Position numbers and translations under genes: made by a program. Of a stretch of 64,000 bases of DNA, positions 1-13,919 are shown piece by piece (within the stretch, counting starts at the first letter, position 1; every line of letters starts with the position of its first letter). Source of the DNA: Chrysomallon squamiferum. Taxonomy: Eukaryota > Animalia > Mollusca. The DNA is taken from contig CM022665.1 in the NCBI GenBank assembly GCA_012295275.1, positions 39,370,001-39,434,000 of the forward strand. The letters are read 5' to 3'. The notes below the pieces were generated by a model that was not told where the DNA came from, made no database searches, and was given only the letters and a program-made list of their open reading frames with translations.

Positions 1-1249
1 TGAAGCAGTTTATTGTTGGGAATCTTATTCCATACAAAGAATATACCTTCACTCTCAGAGCTTGCACTAGTGGTGGCTGTTCTGAAAGCGGTGAGGTCAA
101 AGGTCGTCCATTTGATGCAGCACCTACTGGAATGGCACCTCCAATTTTGAGAGTGATGAGCTCAACTTCTATAGAAATTTCCTGGGATCTGCCAGCAAAA
201 CCTAATGGTGTTATCACATCTTATGACGTACGAAGAGATGGGAGGTTAATCTACACTAACACCCTCAAATCATCAGGAAGTCTGCCTAGAACTTTCACAG
301 ACTACAGTCTGGAGCCAGGAGAAGAGTACTCATACACCGTGATTGCCAGAAACAGGAAAGGGTCCACAGAGAGTCTCCCTTCCAAAGCAAAGACATATTC
401 GTCCTCCCCTTCTGGTGTGGATCCTCCATCCCTGTTTCCAGCCACATCAACCTCTATACAGGTAACCTGGAAGCCCCCTATCAGGCCTAATGGGGACATA
501 ACCACATACAATCTGTATAAAGGTAATGACAAGGTGTACACTGGTGGGCCAAACCAACTGACATACACAGTGCCAGGACTGAAATACTTCACAGAGTATT
601 CATTCCGCATTGAGGCATGTACTGTTCGTGGGTGTGGTTTGAGTGAGGCAGCCACTACTAGGACCCAAGAAGCCCAGCCAGAACAGCAGCTTCCTCCTTC
701 ACTGCTGCCTCTAGGAGATGCCAATGGAGCTCACAGTGGTATCCTGGTTTCCTGGGATCCACCTCTGAAGCCTAAATGGAATTATAGTAAAATATGAAGT
801 TAAAAGACAGCTTATCATTGTAAAACAAGCAGGTTAGTAAGTTACTTTGTTAGCTAGTGTAGATAGTTTGAGAGTATTTTTTTTTAATTTGTGTTGTTTT
901 TGTTGTTATTTTTATTAAATTATTATTATTACTATCATCACCATCATCATTACTGTCATTATTATGCACTGAAATTGAATTTCAGCATCTAGAATAGAAA
1001 ACTGAATTCATAATACAATGGAAATAATTTATTTTTTTAACAATATATTGAATATTTAACTATGAATGGTTGAATAATTCAGTTAATGAATAGTAAATAA
1101 ATAATTAAAATAAATCAAAATTCATTTAACTGTTATCTATCAAATTATTTCTCTCATTAAGTCAGCAAGGGAAACCATTTTAATATAATTTAAAACCATC
1201 TTGATATGTAAGGGACACTCTCAGACATTCACTCTCTCACAAACTGTAT

Positions 1250-1280
<31 letters not shown>

Positions 1281-3135
1281 TTTTTATCTTTATCTTTATC
1301 TTTATCTTTATCTTTATCTTTATCTTTATCTTTATCTTTATCTTTATTTTTATTTTTATTTTTATTTTTATTTTTTTTCTAGGTACAATATATGGAAGTA
1401 CAATTCTGGCTTACAATGGAACTGAAAAAAGTTTACAGACATAGACTCCAGACTTGAACCTTACCAAAGTTACCGGTACATGGTATCATCTCACAACAGA
1501 GTTGGCAAGGCTGACAGTATCTGGGCAGTTGTGAAAACCAAAGAAGCTCCACCCACTGCAGTGTCTTCACCAGTCGTTGATGTAAGTCATGTGTCAATCA
1601 TTTGTATTATCATAACCAGAATTTATAAATTATCTTAATTTTATATTGTAAATATGGTTTGGTTATTTTAAAGTATAACTGTTGCTATTGTTCTTGCTGT
1701 TACTATTGTTAAAATTATTATTGTTTTTATAGTTGTTGTTATCATCAACATAATTATTATTACTATTACTACTACTACTACTGTTATTGTTATTATTATA
1801 ATTACTATTAATTTTATTATATTTATTATTAATTTTATTTATTTATTTTGATAGTCTGTCACTGCTACAACAATCACAGTGAAGATAACTCCACCACTTG
1901 AAACAAACGGGATCATTCGTCATTACAGCATATTAGTAAACAGATCAGTGGTAAGTAATATATCATGATCTCCCATTCCAACCTGTTTGCCAAAACCAGT
2001 GTTTTGATGGTAGTGCTGTCTTGTTTTCTATGAGAAGAAAGTGGCCTTGTTGACAAATTAGAACAAGCAAAAAAAAAAAAAAAAAAAGAACAGACTAAAT
2101 AATCACTCATACACTCGCTTACACAAACAAAAGTTGCTACTCAGAAAGTGAAAATTAATCTGCTTGTTCTAATTTGACAACAAGGCCACTTTCTTCTCAC
2201 AGAAAAGAAGACATGAATATGATGAACTGAATGTCAGTTTATATATTTTGGAAGGGATGTGACTACCTATTCAGGGTCAGGGTTATGGTTAATTGGGATT
2301 TAGAGATGTATGAATGAATTTTAATACATTTTATGATGATGTTTAGTATATATTTTTATGCCAGATCATATATTTGTATGAGTCAGTATATAAAATGGAT
2401 GGAATTGCATATGCTACAAACATTTTACAATTTAGATATTAGAGAAAGAGATGTGTGTGTACGTAAAGTTTGTACATACATACATATATACATATTAATA
2501 TATATTAATGGCTGTACTTTCACATATTAACAAATAATCACAGATTGTATTTATCAGTTATATGTTTATTTAACCAGGCAACATCAGACACAGCAGTACG
2601 TCAGACAGTAGGTGCCCTGCAACCTTTAAAACCTTATACAACCTACCTCCTACAAGTCAGGGCCTGCACTGGGGGAGGGTGTACCGACAGCAGGGCAGTA
2701 ACAGCCAGGACAGCAATGGCCAAACCAACAGGTCTGGCTCCACTAGTGGTCAGCAAAATGACCAATACAAGTGCCGTTCTTACATGGAAATACCCTTCAA
2801 ACAGAAATGGAATAATCAAAAGGTGAGCATTATGTATATCAAATTCTGACATGGGTTATATCAGAGGCTTGGTCCGGGATGAATATGCTTGAATCTTAAT
2901 TAGATAAAGTCATATAACTAATTTTATTTAGTATTGATTTTGGTGAACAAGGTCAAATGATTTTAATTTAAAATTTCTACTTGTTATTAGATTGCTAATG
3001 TTGTTGATTCCAGTGTTAGTGTTTGGAATTTATTTTTGATATTAGTGACAGACTAAAATTTCAAGCAAAATGGCAAAATTTCAATATGTTTAATTGTATT
3101 TTCTTATACAACATGTCCTGCATAGCTTTGCTTAG

Positions 3136-3191
<56 letters not shown>

Positions 3192-5192
3192 TTTATTTTA
3201 CTTCTGCAACTTTTGCTATTATTATTACTGTTGTTATTACTATTATCATCATCATTATCATCAGATTCTGGGTATACCAGAGAAGGGCCTGTCCACCCAC
3301 AAATCAACCGTTTCAACAGTCCTGTATTCCCAGTGATCCTGTTAAAGTGTATGAAGGCCTACAGCTTACAACACCAGTCAAGGGTCTCTCACCATACATT
3401 GCATATGAGTTCCAGCTACAGACAGAGAATGATGCTGGAGTTGTAGATTTTCCTACATGGGTCAGAGCTGAAACTGAACCCTCAGGTTAGATAGACTGTT
3501 TTGATTTTTGAAAATGAATGTTATAAAAATATTATTAATGACAAAGAATAGGCATTTGGTAGATTTTGAATTATTTTATGCTCAGTGTTGTAGTTTAAGT
3601 GAGGGAGGTGGCATTAGAACCATAGAAACAAGGCCAAAGAATATTAAGAAAAAGACTAAAATGGATTTTAATTTACTTCAGTGTGTTTACTGGGAACCAA
3701 TTATTCATGCTAATAATAAAGCATGACAAAATGTAAGTAATTTATAATTTAACAGTCAACTGGAAGTGTTCAAAAAGAGTATTGATCGATGGTAAATTAA
3801 AATTAAAATAAAAAATTATTTAGAAAGAATTTAAAAAAAAAAAAAACAAAGAGAAGAAGAAATGGAATCAAGAAGAAATAAAATATCTTAATTTATTTAA
3901 GACAAAAAAAAAGAATAACAATAAAAGTTTTTAAAAATCTCTGGGTTAAAACAATATTAATTATATTATTATTTTTTTGTTTTTTGTTTTTGTTTTGGAA
4001 AACAGCACCAGTATATGTTGCTTTTCCAAAGCTGTCTAAGGTGCAGACAAAGGCTGCAATAGACTGGAGCAAATCTTTTGTTTTAAATGGCCGCCTTAAA
4101 GAGTTCATTCTGGTTGCTGATGGCAAAGTAGTTTTCAGAGGAATAACAACATCATTTGGAGTTGAAAGAGACACCAAAACACAAGGTAAACTAACTAAAT
4201 AAATAAATAAAAAACAAATAAACAAACAAACCATAATTTGAGTATAATTATACAGAGCTGTTATATAAATATTATTTTGCCTGTACAGTTTTTAAATTTA
4301 AAATATAATTTTGAAAAATACCTATTATCAAGCACCTAACTGCAGTCTTAAATATAAAAAATAAAAAGTTGAAAGAATAACTTGGATAAACTGTTGTTGA
4401 TATCATTGTTGTTGTTGTTGTTGTTGTATTTTTTATGAACTAACCACTATTTTGAATATGGTCAAACCTCTGTTTCATCCATTTCATACATGTTTTTCTC
4501 TTTATTGCAAATGCAAACATTTAAGAAATTTCCATAGGTTCAGATGTTCATAAATACAGATGATTTATCAAAAGTAATGGCATGTGCTGCTCTTCCTACA
4601 TGGATGTACCAACTGAATTAGACTGTAACTTGTTTTGTTATTCTTTATTTATTTATTTCTTTAAAATTATTTTACAGTTATCAGCTTTGTTGTACAGCTT
4701 ATTACATATTCTGGAGAAGCTGAAACACCAGTGGTGACCTTTGACCCCAGTGCCAGTGGTAATGTTGGTGAGTTGTTTTTTGAACAGGGCCATTGAAAAT
4801 GATTTTTTTTTTTTTTTTTACCACTGTGCCAATATACTGTTAACAAGTTATTATTATTATTTTTACTTAATAGTGAAATATTTATTTTATTATTATTATT
4901 TTAAACTTAATAGTTTAATTTCAACTAATTTATTTGTTTACTTTTTTTTTATCATTTATTAACTTCAGTGTACCTGCTTATTTACTAATTAATTTTTTTT
5001 TTGAATAACTCTTCTTTTATTTCTTTTATTTCTTTATTTATTTATGAGCATATAAATTATTTATTTATATATTTATTTATTTACTTATTTATTTATTTCC
5101 TTACTGACATATTTATTTTTATTTATTTATATATTTATTTATTTACTTATTTATTTCCTTACTGACATATTTATTTTTATTTATTTATATCT

Positions 5193-5235
<43 letters not shown>

Positions 5236-6169
5236 TTCCCAGGTACAACTGCTGCTCCAGTTGGTACAACAGAAAAACAAACAGGCGAGAAAGCGTTCTA
5301 TGAAGAAGTTTGGTTTATCATTCTTCTGTCTTGTTGGACTTCTCATCATTTTCTGTGTTGTTGCATTTTGTCTGTGGCGTATTGGTGGCCGTCAGCCTTA
5401 CATCAGAGAGAGGGCGCCACTACAAACACACATCAAACCTCCCGGGTCAAAGCAGTTCTTTGTTATTGATGCATCAGATGGCAGTGTTATTGATACGGTT
5501 TGTTTGTTTAGTTTTTTTTTTTTTAATTCTTTACTAAAAGAAAAGTTTTAGAACTCCGAAAATGTATTGTTGCATAATATGAAACATAATTTTCAAGAAT
5601 TAATTTTTTTTTTTTTTTTTATTGTTCCTGATACTGATTTGTCATTGCTGTTACTACCATTATCACTATTACTGCTTTCAGTTCATAAATTACTGTCTCT
5701 TCGGCTACAATTACTGTTACATAATACAACCATTTCTGTTATTGCTAGTAGTATTACCACTACCACTATTCCTACTGTTGCAATATATTGCAAGTTATTA
5801 CTAATACTACTACTACTAGTTATTACTTATTATTTGCTTGCTTTCAAAATCTTATAGCTGCTGCTACTAAGATTACTACTAATTCCTACGTCTTACTAAT
5901 GCTAGTACTTCTTACGTTACAACTGATACTACAACATTCTAACTTCTAATATACTTCTAATAGTATAACAGTTCTTACAATGTCTACTACAACATTTTTA
6001 TAACTACTATTAACTACATCAGACATCTTACAATATTAAAACATTCTAATATCTAATTCCACTATTTTATTATTATTGTCATAATTATCATCATCATGAA
6101 AATAACAATAATAATAAAATTTGCAGTAATGATTACAACAAATTTTATTATTATTTTACTATATTATTA

Positions 6170-6211
<42 letters not shown>

Positions 6212-7004
6212 TAAAATATCTTGTAGGAACTGATGCAGCAGACAGTTCGTAATCGTCATGGTCCTCATCACAGTGGACCAGGAATGGGTGTGGTCAACCC
6301 AGCCTTTATGAATGGAGTTACACCTCGTGAGTTCTCTCTAGACAAATACTCTATGAAATTTGAGGAAGAGGATGAAGATGACGACTTTTGGGAGAAAAAT
6401 CTGGACAGTGGTCTAGTAAGTAAAGATTTAAATAAAACAGAAATTTTTTTTGTTTAATGTTGGTCATAATCAAATATAAATCTTTATTATTTATTATTAT
6501 TATTATTATTGTTGATTTTTTTCTCTTTCATTTTGTTCTATTTTATTATTAGAATTTTCTTTTTTTCTTCTTTTTTTGTCAAATACTGATCTTCATTATT
6601 TATGACTATTTCTTTTGTTGTTGCAAAAAAAGAAGTCATAATTTCACTTTTAAAGACAAAAATAATTGCAAAATTAAATAAATAATTTTAAAAAAAAACG
6701 GTTGCAGTCATGAAACAAGTCTTAGAGAACTTGCAGGATAATACATACCATCTTTATTGAATTAAAAAAAATAATAATAAAAAATTTAAAATATTAAGAA
6801 TCTGAACCTCCAAATTTTCATTACATTTTCTAAATATGATTAGCTTTGACATTTTGGTATTTAAAACAGATAAAAAACATTTAAAATTATTATTGAAATT
6901 CTTTTTATTATATTTTTCAGTATGATGATGATCTGGACAGTTTAAGTGGGCCAGCCTACAGCTACACAAGAGAACAAACAGTTTTTACAGACACACATTT
7001 GTGA
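1..7004 (+). CDS. USH2A: Usherin, C-terminal part (FN3 repeats, TM helix, cytoplasmic tail with PDZ-binding motif); 5' partial; three apparent frameshifts
   Basis: Exons <1-832, 1383-1581, 1855-1950, 2578-2822, 3265-3485, 4006-4185, 4678-4767, 5243-5497, 6227-6415, 6921-7004, all GT-AG and phase-compatible. FN3 motifs (W..P..PNG.I..Y; L.PYT.Y...V.ACT.GGC), juxtamembrane FYEEVWFII, post-TM PYIRERAPL and terminal FTDTHL-stop match usherin. Frame breaks at ~775, ~1430, ~5327. Confidence 0.95.
2017..2213. repeat. Fold-back inverted repeat (53-bp arms, 91-bp spacer), MITE-like, in usherin intron
   Basis: 2017-2069 is the reverse complement of 2161-2213 with 3 mismatches. Confidence 0.85.
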
Positions 7005-9255
7005 TTCATTTGTGAATAATTTATATGATCCATATTGGAAATTTTAGTTTTGATACATCAAATATATTCATTGTACATTATCCTTTTTGTCCTTATTTTG
7101 GATATATAAATATATTTTATAATGTAACCCATAGTTGTAAGGAACACAATTTGTCTTTTTTTTTTTTTCAGAAGCTTCAGTTTTTCTATTTCACTGGATG
7201 ATTACAGCTATTAATTTTTTTTTTTTTTTTCAAAAACTATTATCAGTATATTTAAATCATTTTGTTTTCTTTTTGTTTTTCTTTTTTTCTTCTTTTTTTT
7301 CCCAGTTTTTAATGAAGTCAATAAGGAAAAAATATCTTAAAAGTTTTCATAGTCAGAATGGAGGAAGATTTCAAGTGATTTTGTTCATAAACAATAAACT
7401 TGATACAAATCTGAGGTGTTTATTTTAAATTTATTTATTTATTACTGTTCTTGTTATTATATATATATGTTTTTGTTATTTCCTTTGGAAGCCATATTTA
7501 GCACTTACATTTTGCCTGTTTAGGTCTTAATATACAGAGAATGTGCAATAAAATGTTCTTACTATCCTTTACACCATTATAAAGGTTTATTTATTATATA
7601 TATAGATAAATTGTACATAATGTCTGTCACCTTCCAGTGATAATAAAACATTAATTTTTTTTTTTTTTTAATTTGTGAATATAAATTGTACAAGAATATA
7701 CATTCTCCTTTTGATCCGATAACTGTTTTGTGATCATAACAATATTAGTAATCATTATTGACTTAAGAAGTTCAAATTATTGGGGGTATGCTGTTAGATT
7801 ATAAATTTAAGCTTAAAACTAGCTTTATGAATTATTATTTATCATGTATCTGATGAACATTTACTTACAGCATTTTTAGTTTTTTTTATTTAGGTGTTTT
7901 TTTTTTATATGTAACTACTTACCTATAACATGATCTCAATCTTTATTTACTATAATCATTTGGTATGCATGCATGTGTGAGAGAATGAAAAAGATTGTAT
8001 AATATTGGGAGAGTAGTATAATTTTTTTGTAAAATGTAACAAAGACATCACTATGCAATCACTGTCATTAATGTTATTTTGCACTAACTGTGCAAAAATA
8101 AATACATCACGTGATTATTAAAAATAAAACAAAAAAAACACATTTGTATCAAATTTCAAATAAAACATTTTATTATCAATTCATTTGTTGTTAATCTGTA
8201 TTGTTTTGAAATAATTTTTCTGCATATATATTTTAATTTATTACATAATATATGTAATACAGCTCTTGACAACGGTAGTTATTCTTGGATTCAACTGTAT
8301 ATACTTTGATTAACCTACACACAAATCTGTATTTTCAATAAGATTTTAAGATAGAAAAAAATGAGGTTAAAAAGATCAGTTGTGTATTTTGTTAAAAAAT
8401 ATAATTAATTGAATGTTATGGTTAACTCAGACATTTTGGCGTTCTTATTTTTAATAATTAAAAAGAAATTATTATAGGAAAATTTGAAACAGAAGTTATT
8501 TTGAAGCATTCTTTGTTAAAAAAAAAAAAAAACATTATAGCTTTATATTAAATAATAAATTTCTGTTTTCTGGTTGAAAAATGTATTATTATTCTAATTA
8601 TACTTCCAGTTTATACAACTTAAACAGTGTCCCATAAATCTGGTATCTCAGTTAAAATAATTAATTAATATATTAATTTTGTTATTATACTGCCAAAATT
8701 ATTTGGTTGCTTAGTCAAAAAATCGTTGATGCATGTTTATTTATTTTAATTCAGATGTTATTTACCCTGAACTTGGGGAAGAGATTCTTGTATTCCAAGA
8801 AAAAAATGCTGGCAACCCTAAATATATTATGTGAATTAAGAAAATTGTAATGAGTATTTTGTTTATAGTTTCCATCATCCAGATTTATGTGACAGCCTGT
8901 ATTTTTCTGTTTTGTTCATTTCAAAAATAAAATGTATTTCAAGTTAACATGACACATTTTATACTATAAAGGTGTATCAAGGTTAAAATACAGATTCTTA
9001 CATTTCTTTGACTGAAACAATATTGGAGTTAAAGATACTTATATTATAAAAATGTAATCAAAAAAGTAATTAGCTTTATAATGTATATTAATGTATAATA
9101 TAAACACTAGAAAACTGTTTTAAAATTTTATTTCATCTGGACCGTGTAATGCAGAATTCATGGATTTTATTTTTCTTCATTTTACTGAATATTTAAAAAT
9201 ACAAATTATTAAAAAATGCTTACATAAATCTTAAACAAACAAAAAAAGCATTAAC

Positions 9256-9299
<44 letters not shown>

Positions 9300-9479
9300 T
9301 ATATATAGATATATAGATATATGTCTTATTTTTTTTAAATATATATATTTGCATTATACAGTTCAAAACTCACTGAGTTTTGAAGACGGAATTTAGAAAA
9401 GGAAATCTCTGATCTTAAAATATCCTTTTCTATTTTTTTTTTTTTTTGCTTGAATAATGCACCAAGTTAAAACAACATA

Positions 9480-12400
9480 TTACATTGCCACTCTTCCCGA
9501 GTAAAAGTACAAGGAATCTTTCACTCCCATTATTAGTCCAGTATTCCCTGGACTGTTTACCCAGTGGTTTGAATAATGCACTGCTGGAATTGTGTCGATG
9601 GAAGCTGGGCACGGGGGAGGTAAACTCAACAGCTTCTTGCCAGTTTTTAAGCACCAAAAGTTTGTGTAGCAATTCTGACCAACTAAAAAAAAATAATAAT
9701 AATAAAATGCATTTGAGGAATTATTAAGAAATAATTATTCACTTTGTCAAACACTAATTCTTAATTAGTTGTTATATTACTCATATAACAAAACAATTAG
9801 AAATATCATTTCAGACTTTTGGTGTTGTACCATTTGCAGTGTACCTTTGTACATTAAGTTATTTCAATGGCTGAAATGATTATCTTGTTTAAAGAGTCCT
9901 GATATTTTTCTAATTTCAAGATCGATTTTGTTTTCTGAAATCACCATGTTCTTCTCATGTACTTACCTCCATAGATAAAGTTCTCACAAGGATCAATCTT
10001 GAATGGAAGTCTTAAATATTCATTGTGCAAACCTGGGTATTCTATCACAACTTTTCTCATTCTGAGATCCCAAGAACAAAGCTGTTAAGAAAAAAAAGGT
10101 TTACCATTGATTAAGCACTGACTGAATGCATTTTCCATAGTAAACTTTTCCACTTAAAATTTAAAGATACGGGATAAATAAAAAGATTAGTAAGTAACAC
10201 AAGCATATTAAGCAAAGGGTGTATTTGATTTAATTTTGTTTTTCACTATAACTGACTGTTATTTATCAATTAAATATCTTATTAAGTCTGCCTGTGAAAT
10301 AGTGCAAGAATTAATATGTCATATAATGAGACTTGTTATTGTTATATGACCAAAATCCATAATTCAAAAAAAGGAAATAAAAAAGTTGAGAAGGAAGAAT
10401 AAAGGGTCTTCATAGAGATAAATATTCTTCCAATGAAAAAAAATAAAAAATAATAACAAATAAAAATCTTAAAATTAAAAAATTAAAATAATTTTAAAAA
10501 AATGTTCCTGAAAAGCAAAAGACTATGACTAAAAATATCTGAAAAGTAAAATAATTAAAGAATGCAATTTACCCTTCCATTGAAGTCACTAGCATAGAGT
10601 GTGTTCTCATTCTGTGTCATTTTCAGACAGGCAATGCTGGTGTTATGAACCATGCAGGCCACTGGTTTTGCTGAAAGACTGCGAAGATCATGGCACAAAA
10701 TCTGTCCCCTTCTAGTGCCATTATAAAGTTGACGTCCATTCTAGAAAACAATCAATTACCATTTAATTACTAATGTTTTATTTGCCACAAGAAATAGCAA
10801 AAAAGATGTTTATTATTTTTGTTGAAAGATCGAACTAGTACTAAATCAAGACTTACAGAACAATATTTTAATTTTAATTTAATTTTTCTTTTTTATGTTT
10901 TTTGAAAAATTCAAAAGCTTACCACAGGAGAAAAAACCTGAGCAAAAACATCACTTTTTTTGGTGTCAAACTCCCACAAGCGTCGTGTCTCCACATCAAT
11001 AAGAAGACAAATCTTTTCAGCACCCACTGCAAACTGAAATGCATGGTAATTCCATGCCGATGTCCAGGTTGTGTGGTTGCCCAGATTGTAATCGAACACT
11101 TGAACGTGCTCTGAGTTAGAAGGGTCCAGATTCCTTATGAAGGCCAAACTAAAGTTGTATCCAGTGTAACACATGGTTGTGTAGAGTACATGCTTCTTGT
11201 CTGTGTCACTAGAGAATGGAGCCCAGCATAAACTTGTTATTTTATTCCACGACTGCAGTACTGTTGCACCTGAAGTGCTGATGCCAACTGATAAAGGATG
11301 AAATGAATCCAGCCTCGGTTTCTCGTTCAAATTCAACAGTTGCATCCTCTGAATCACAGAATTAGCCACAGACCATAAACCCAGAATTTTGTCGTTTTTT
11401 TGACTGGCATCCATTTGCAGCATGTGCTCGATGTCTGAATAAGCGTCTGGATTTTCAAATATCTTGATCATGCCGCAGAGTTTCATCCAGCTTGCTTGTT
11501 TCTCAAGAAAGCTGTGTTCAAGCCAGTGGTTATTGACATCTCCCTGATGATGTCTGAAAATCAGTGAGGTGATGTTACCCGAGATTGGATTCAACTTGTG
11601 AAACTCATGATCATCTAAATTAGATTTGTTGAGTTCTTGGTTTATGAGATCACTCAGACGTTTGCATTCTGCTTCGCGGAATGAAATAGATTTAGTGGTC
11701 ACCACATTGATATTATTGGCAGTGGGAAGAATCTTGAAGTAACGTTTTTTCACTTTGTCATAGTGAAAACCTGGGATCTGTATACTTTGTTAAAGTACAT
11801 AACATAAAATGAAATAACAATATAACATGACATAAAATATTAGTAATAAATAATCATTTACTGGTCTCTTAATAGAACTTTTTAAACTATTATTCAAGTT
11901 TCTAAAAATATCTTAACTTCATTTTAATATCACTAAAAGTCTTGACTATTGGGAATTCTTAAAATGATTTGGTTTTTTTTTTTTTTATCAATAAAATTTT
12001 AAAAAAAAATTAAATATAACAAATAACAATAATAGGGATGATGATGATATTTTCAAAATATAATAAATTCCTTTACACAGTTATAATAATAATTATTGGC
12101 TCTAATTTTCTTTTTGTTTGTTTTTTTCTTTTTTTTTAAATTTAATTTTATATAAAGATTATTAAATTGTGGCAATGACAAAAGGATATCCTGCACAGAA
12201 TCATCTTCCTCTGTTGAATCAGATGGCTGAGTCTGGCTGGTTGAAGGCAGGTTTTTAAAATGTGATTTCTCTCCTGCTTTCCTCTCATTAGTGCAACAGG
12301 AAATGGACTTCCTTGTCTTTTTCTTTTTATCAGCCTGGCTAGAATATTTTTCTTTTTTTCTTTTTTTTTGTTGCAAACCATCAAGTCCTGAAGTGCTTGC

Positions 12401-12661
12401 AACTTCTTTTGTCCCAGTGTTCCTTGGTGTTGATGGCCTCGCATTTTGTTGTTTCTCAGTTTGCAAGTTGCTCAGGCTGAATGATGCTGTATTTAGGGAA
12501 GAACTTAATGAGCTGGTTTTGGATTTTGATTGTTTCTGATTGTCTCTCCTTCCATTAACACTCCTGCAATTGTCACTTGTTTCATTTTTTGGTGTATTTT
12601 TTTTGTTTTTCAACTGTTTGTTTGAATCAGACAACTCCGATTTATTTTTAGAATGTGACAT
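9480..12661 (-). CDS. DCAF4: DDB1- and CUL4-associated factor 4 (WDR21)-like WD40 protein, ~600 aa
   Basis: Coding exons 12661-~12191, 11777-10923, 10740-10573, 10081-9967, 9682-9480. IPGFHYDKVKKRYFK matches the DCAF4 N-terminal PG.Y.D..K.RYF motif; KSDVFAQVF, HDLR and WDLR (WDxR-type) motifs; basic low-complexity N-terminus. First coding donor uncertain. Confidence 0.88.
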
Positions 12662-13799
12662 GTTTCAAATCATTCTTTATATATATAAATGTTTCTTTGG
12701 CAATTAAGAAAAGTTTTTAAATGTTTTGTTTTATTACCAGTCTTTACATTAATCCTGAAATTAAACTGAAAAGAAAAAAAGGAAGAAAATTATATTAAAG
12801 TGGTGCGAACAATTTGAAAGACAATAAATTAACTATAATATTGTATTTACAAAATTTAAAAAATAACAAGAACAATGAATAATGAAACTGCAATAAAAAT
12901 AAAAGTCATTTATTTTTTAAAGAATGTAAGCTTTATTAAATGTCAGTAAATAATAATAAAAATAAATAAATAACTAAATAAATAATAATACAACAAATGA
13001 ATAAATCAAATGTAATACATATTTTCAAGTTCTTACAATCTTAGAACAATTTTATTTCTTAAAATTAATTTTACTTCATTATTGTTCATGTTACTCTTTT
13101 TTTTCAGGTGAAATAATACAAGAATAATAAATAACACATGCATCCAGCATTATAAATATTTACAATAATGTGACATGACGTTATTTGTTTGAATTATTAC
13201 ATAAACTGCAGATACAATTGCATTTGCAGCCTAAATGATGAAACCATATAATAAAAAAAAATGCATTATTGTCAAGAGATAACTCTGATAAGTCATTGGG
13301 TGCAAAATCATTGAAAAAAGTAAGCATTATAAGAAACTGTATGAAAGTTCATTGATTAAAATTAACAAAAAATATAATTTAATAACATTATAACAGTATA
13401 AAATTAAGTAAATTTAGTAACGCAAACAAAAACAAAAAAAAAAGAGAGAGAGAGAGATAAGTATAAAATAACAAGTAACAAGTGATTTAATTAAAGTATT
13501 CGTAGTAAAAGTTATACAATAATGTTAATAACATGATAAAAAGAATTACAACTTAATACAAGGTCGACGAATTTACATTATAATAATGATTACTTAGGCA
13601 GCTAATAGAAGCAAACAATTCTTCAACATTTCAAGCTATAATACGTACATCAAAAAAATTCCTATTTAATAATTTATATCGATGATATTATTGTTAACCA
13701 GGAGTGTGCAAGAGGAAATCTATCCATTTTGTTTTCTTTAAAGTGTATTTGTATCAGTCTAAAACAAAAAACAAAAAAAAAGTGGAATTTCGCAATTAC

Positions 13800-13919
13800 C
13801 TCAACGATAGTAAATACCACATAGCAGATGATACAATAATTGAAATAACGGTCGTTAAATAATTGAGTATATAGTTATCTCCCTTTACTTTTCACATCCG
13901 TATATGCTTCCGGTAAACA
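13800..13919. promoter_or_regulatory. Putative compact bidirectional promoter DCAF4/RRP15
   Basis: Minus-strand donor GAG|GTAATT at 13800/13799 (likely DCAF4 5'UTR exon; acceptor ~12766); RRP15 ATG at 13920; ETS-type CTTCCGG at 13907-13913; local CpG enrichment. Confidence 0.55.

Noticed and set aside
774-1434. Compensating frameshift pair or programmed frameshifting in usherin
   Set aside because: Intervening frame stops at 795-797; no canonical slippery heptamer with downstream structure identified.
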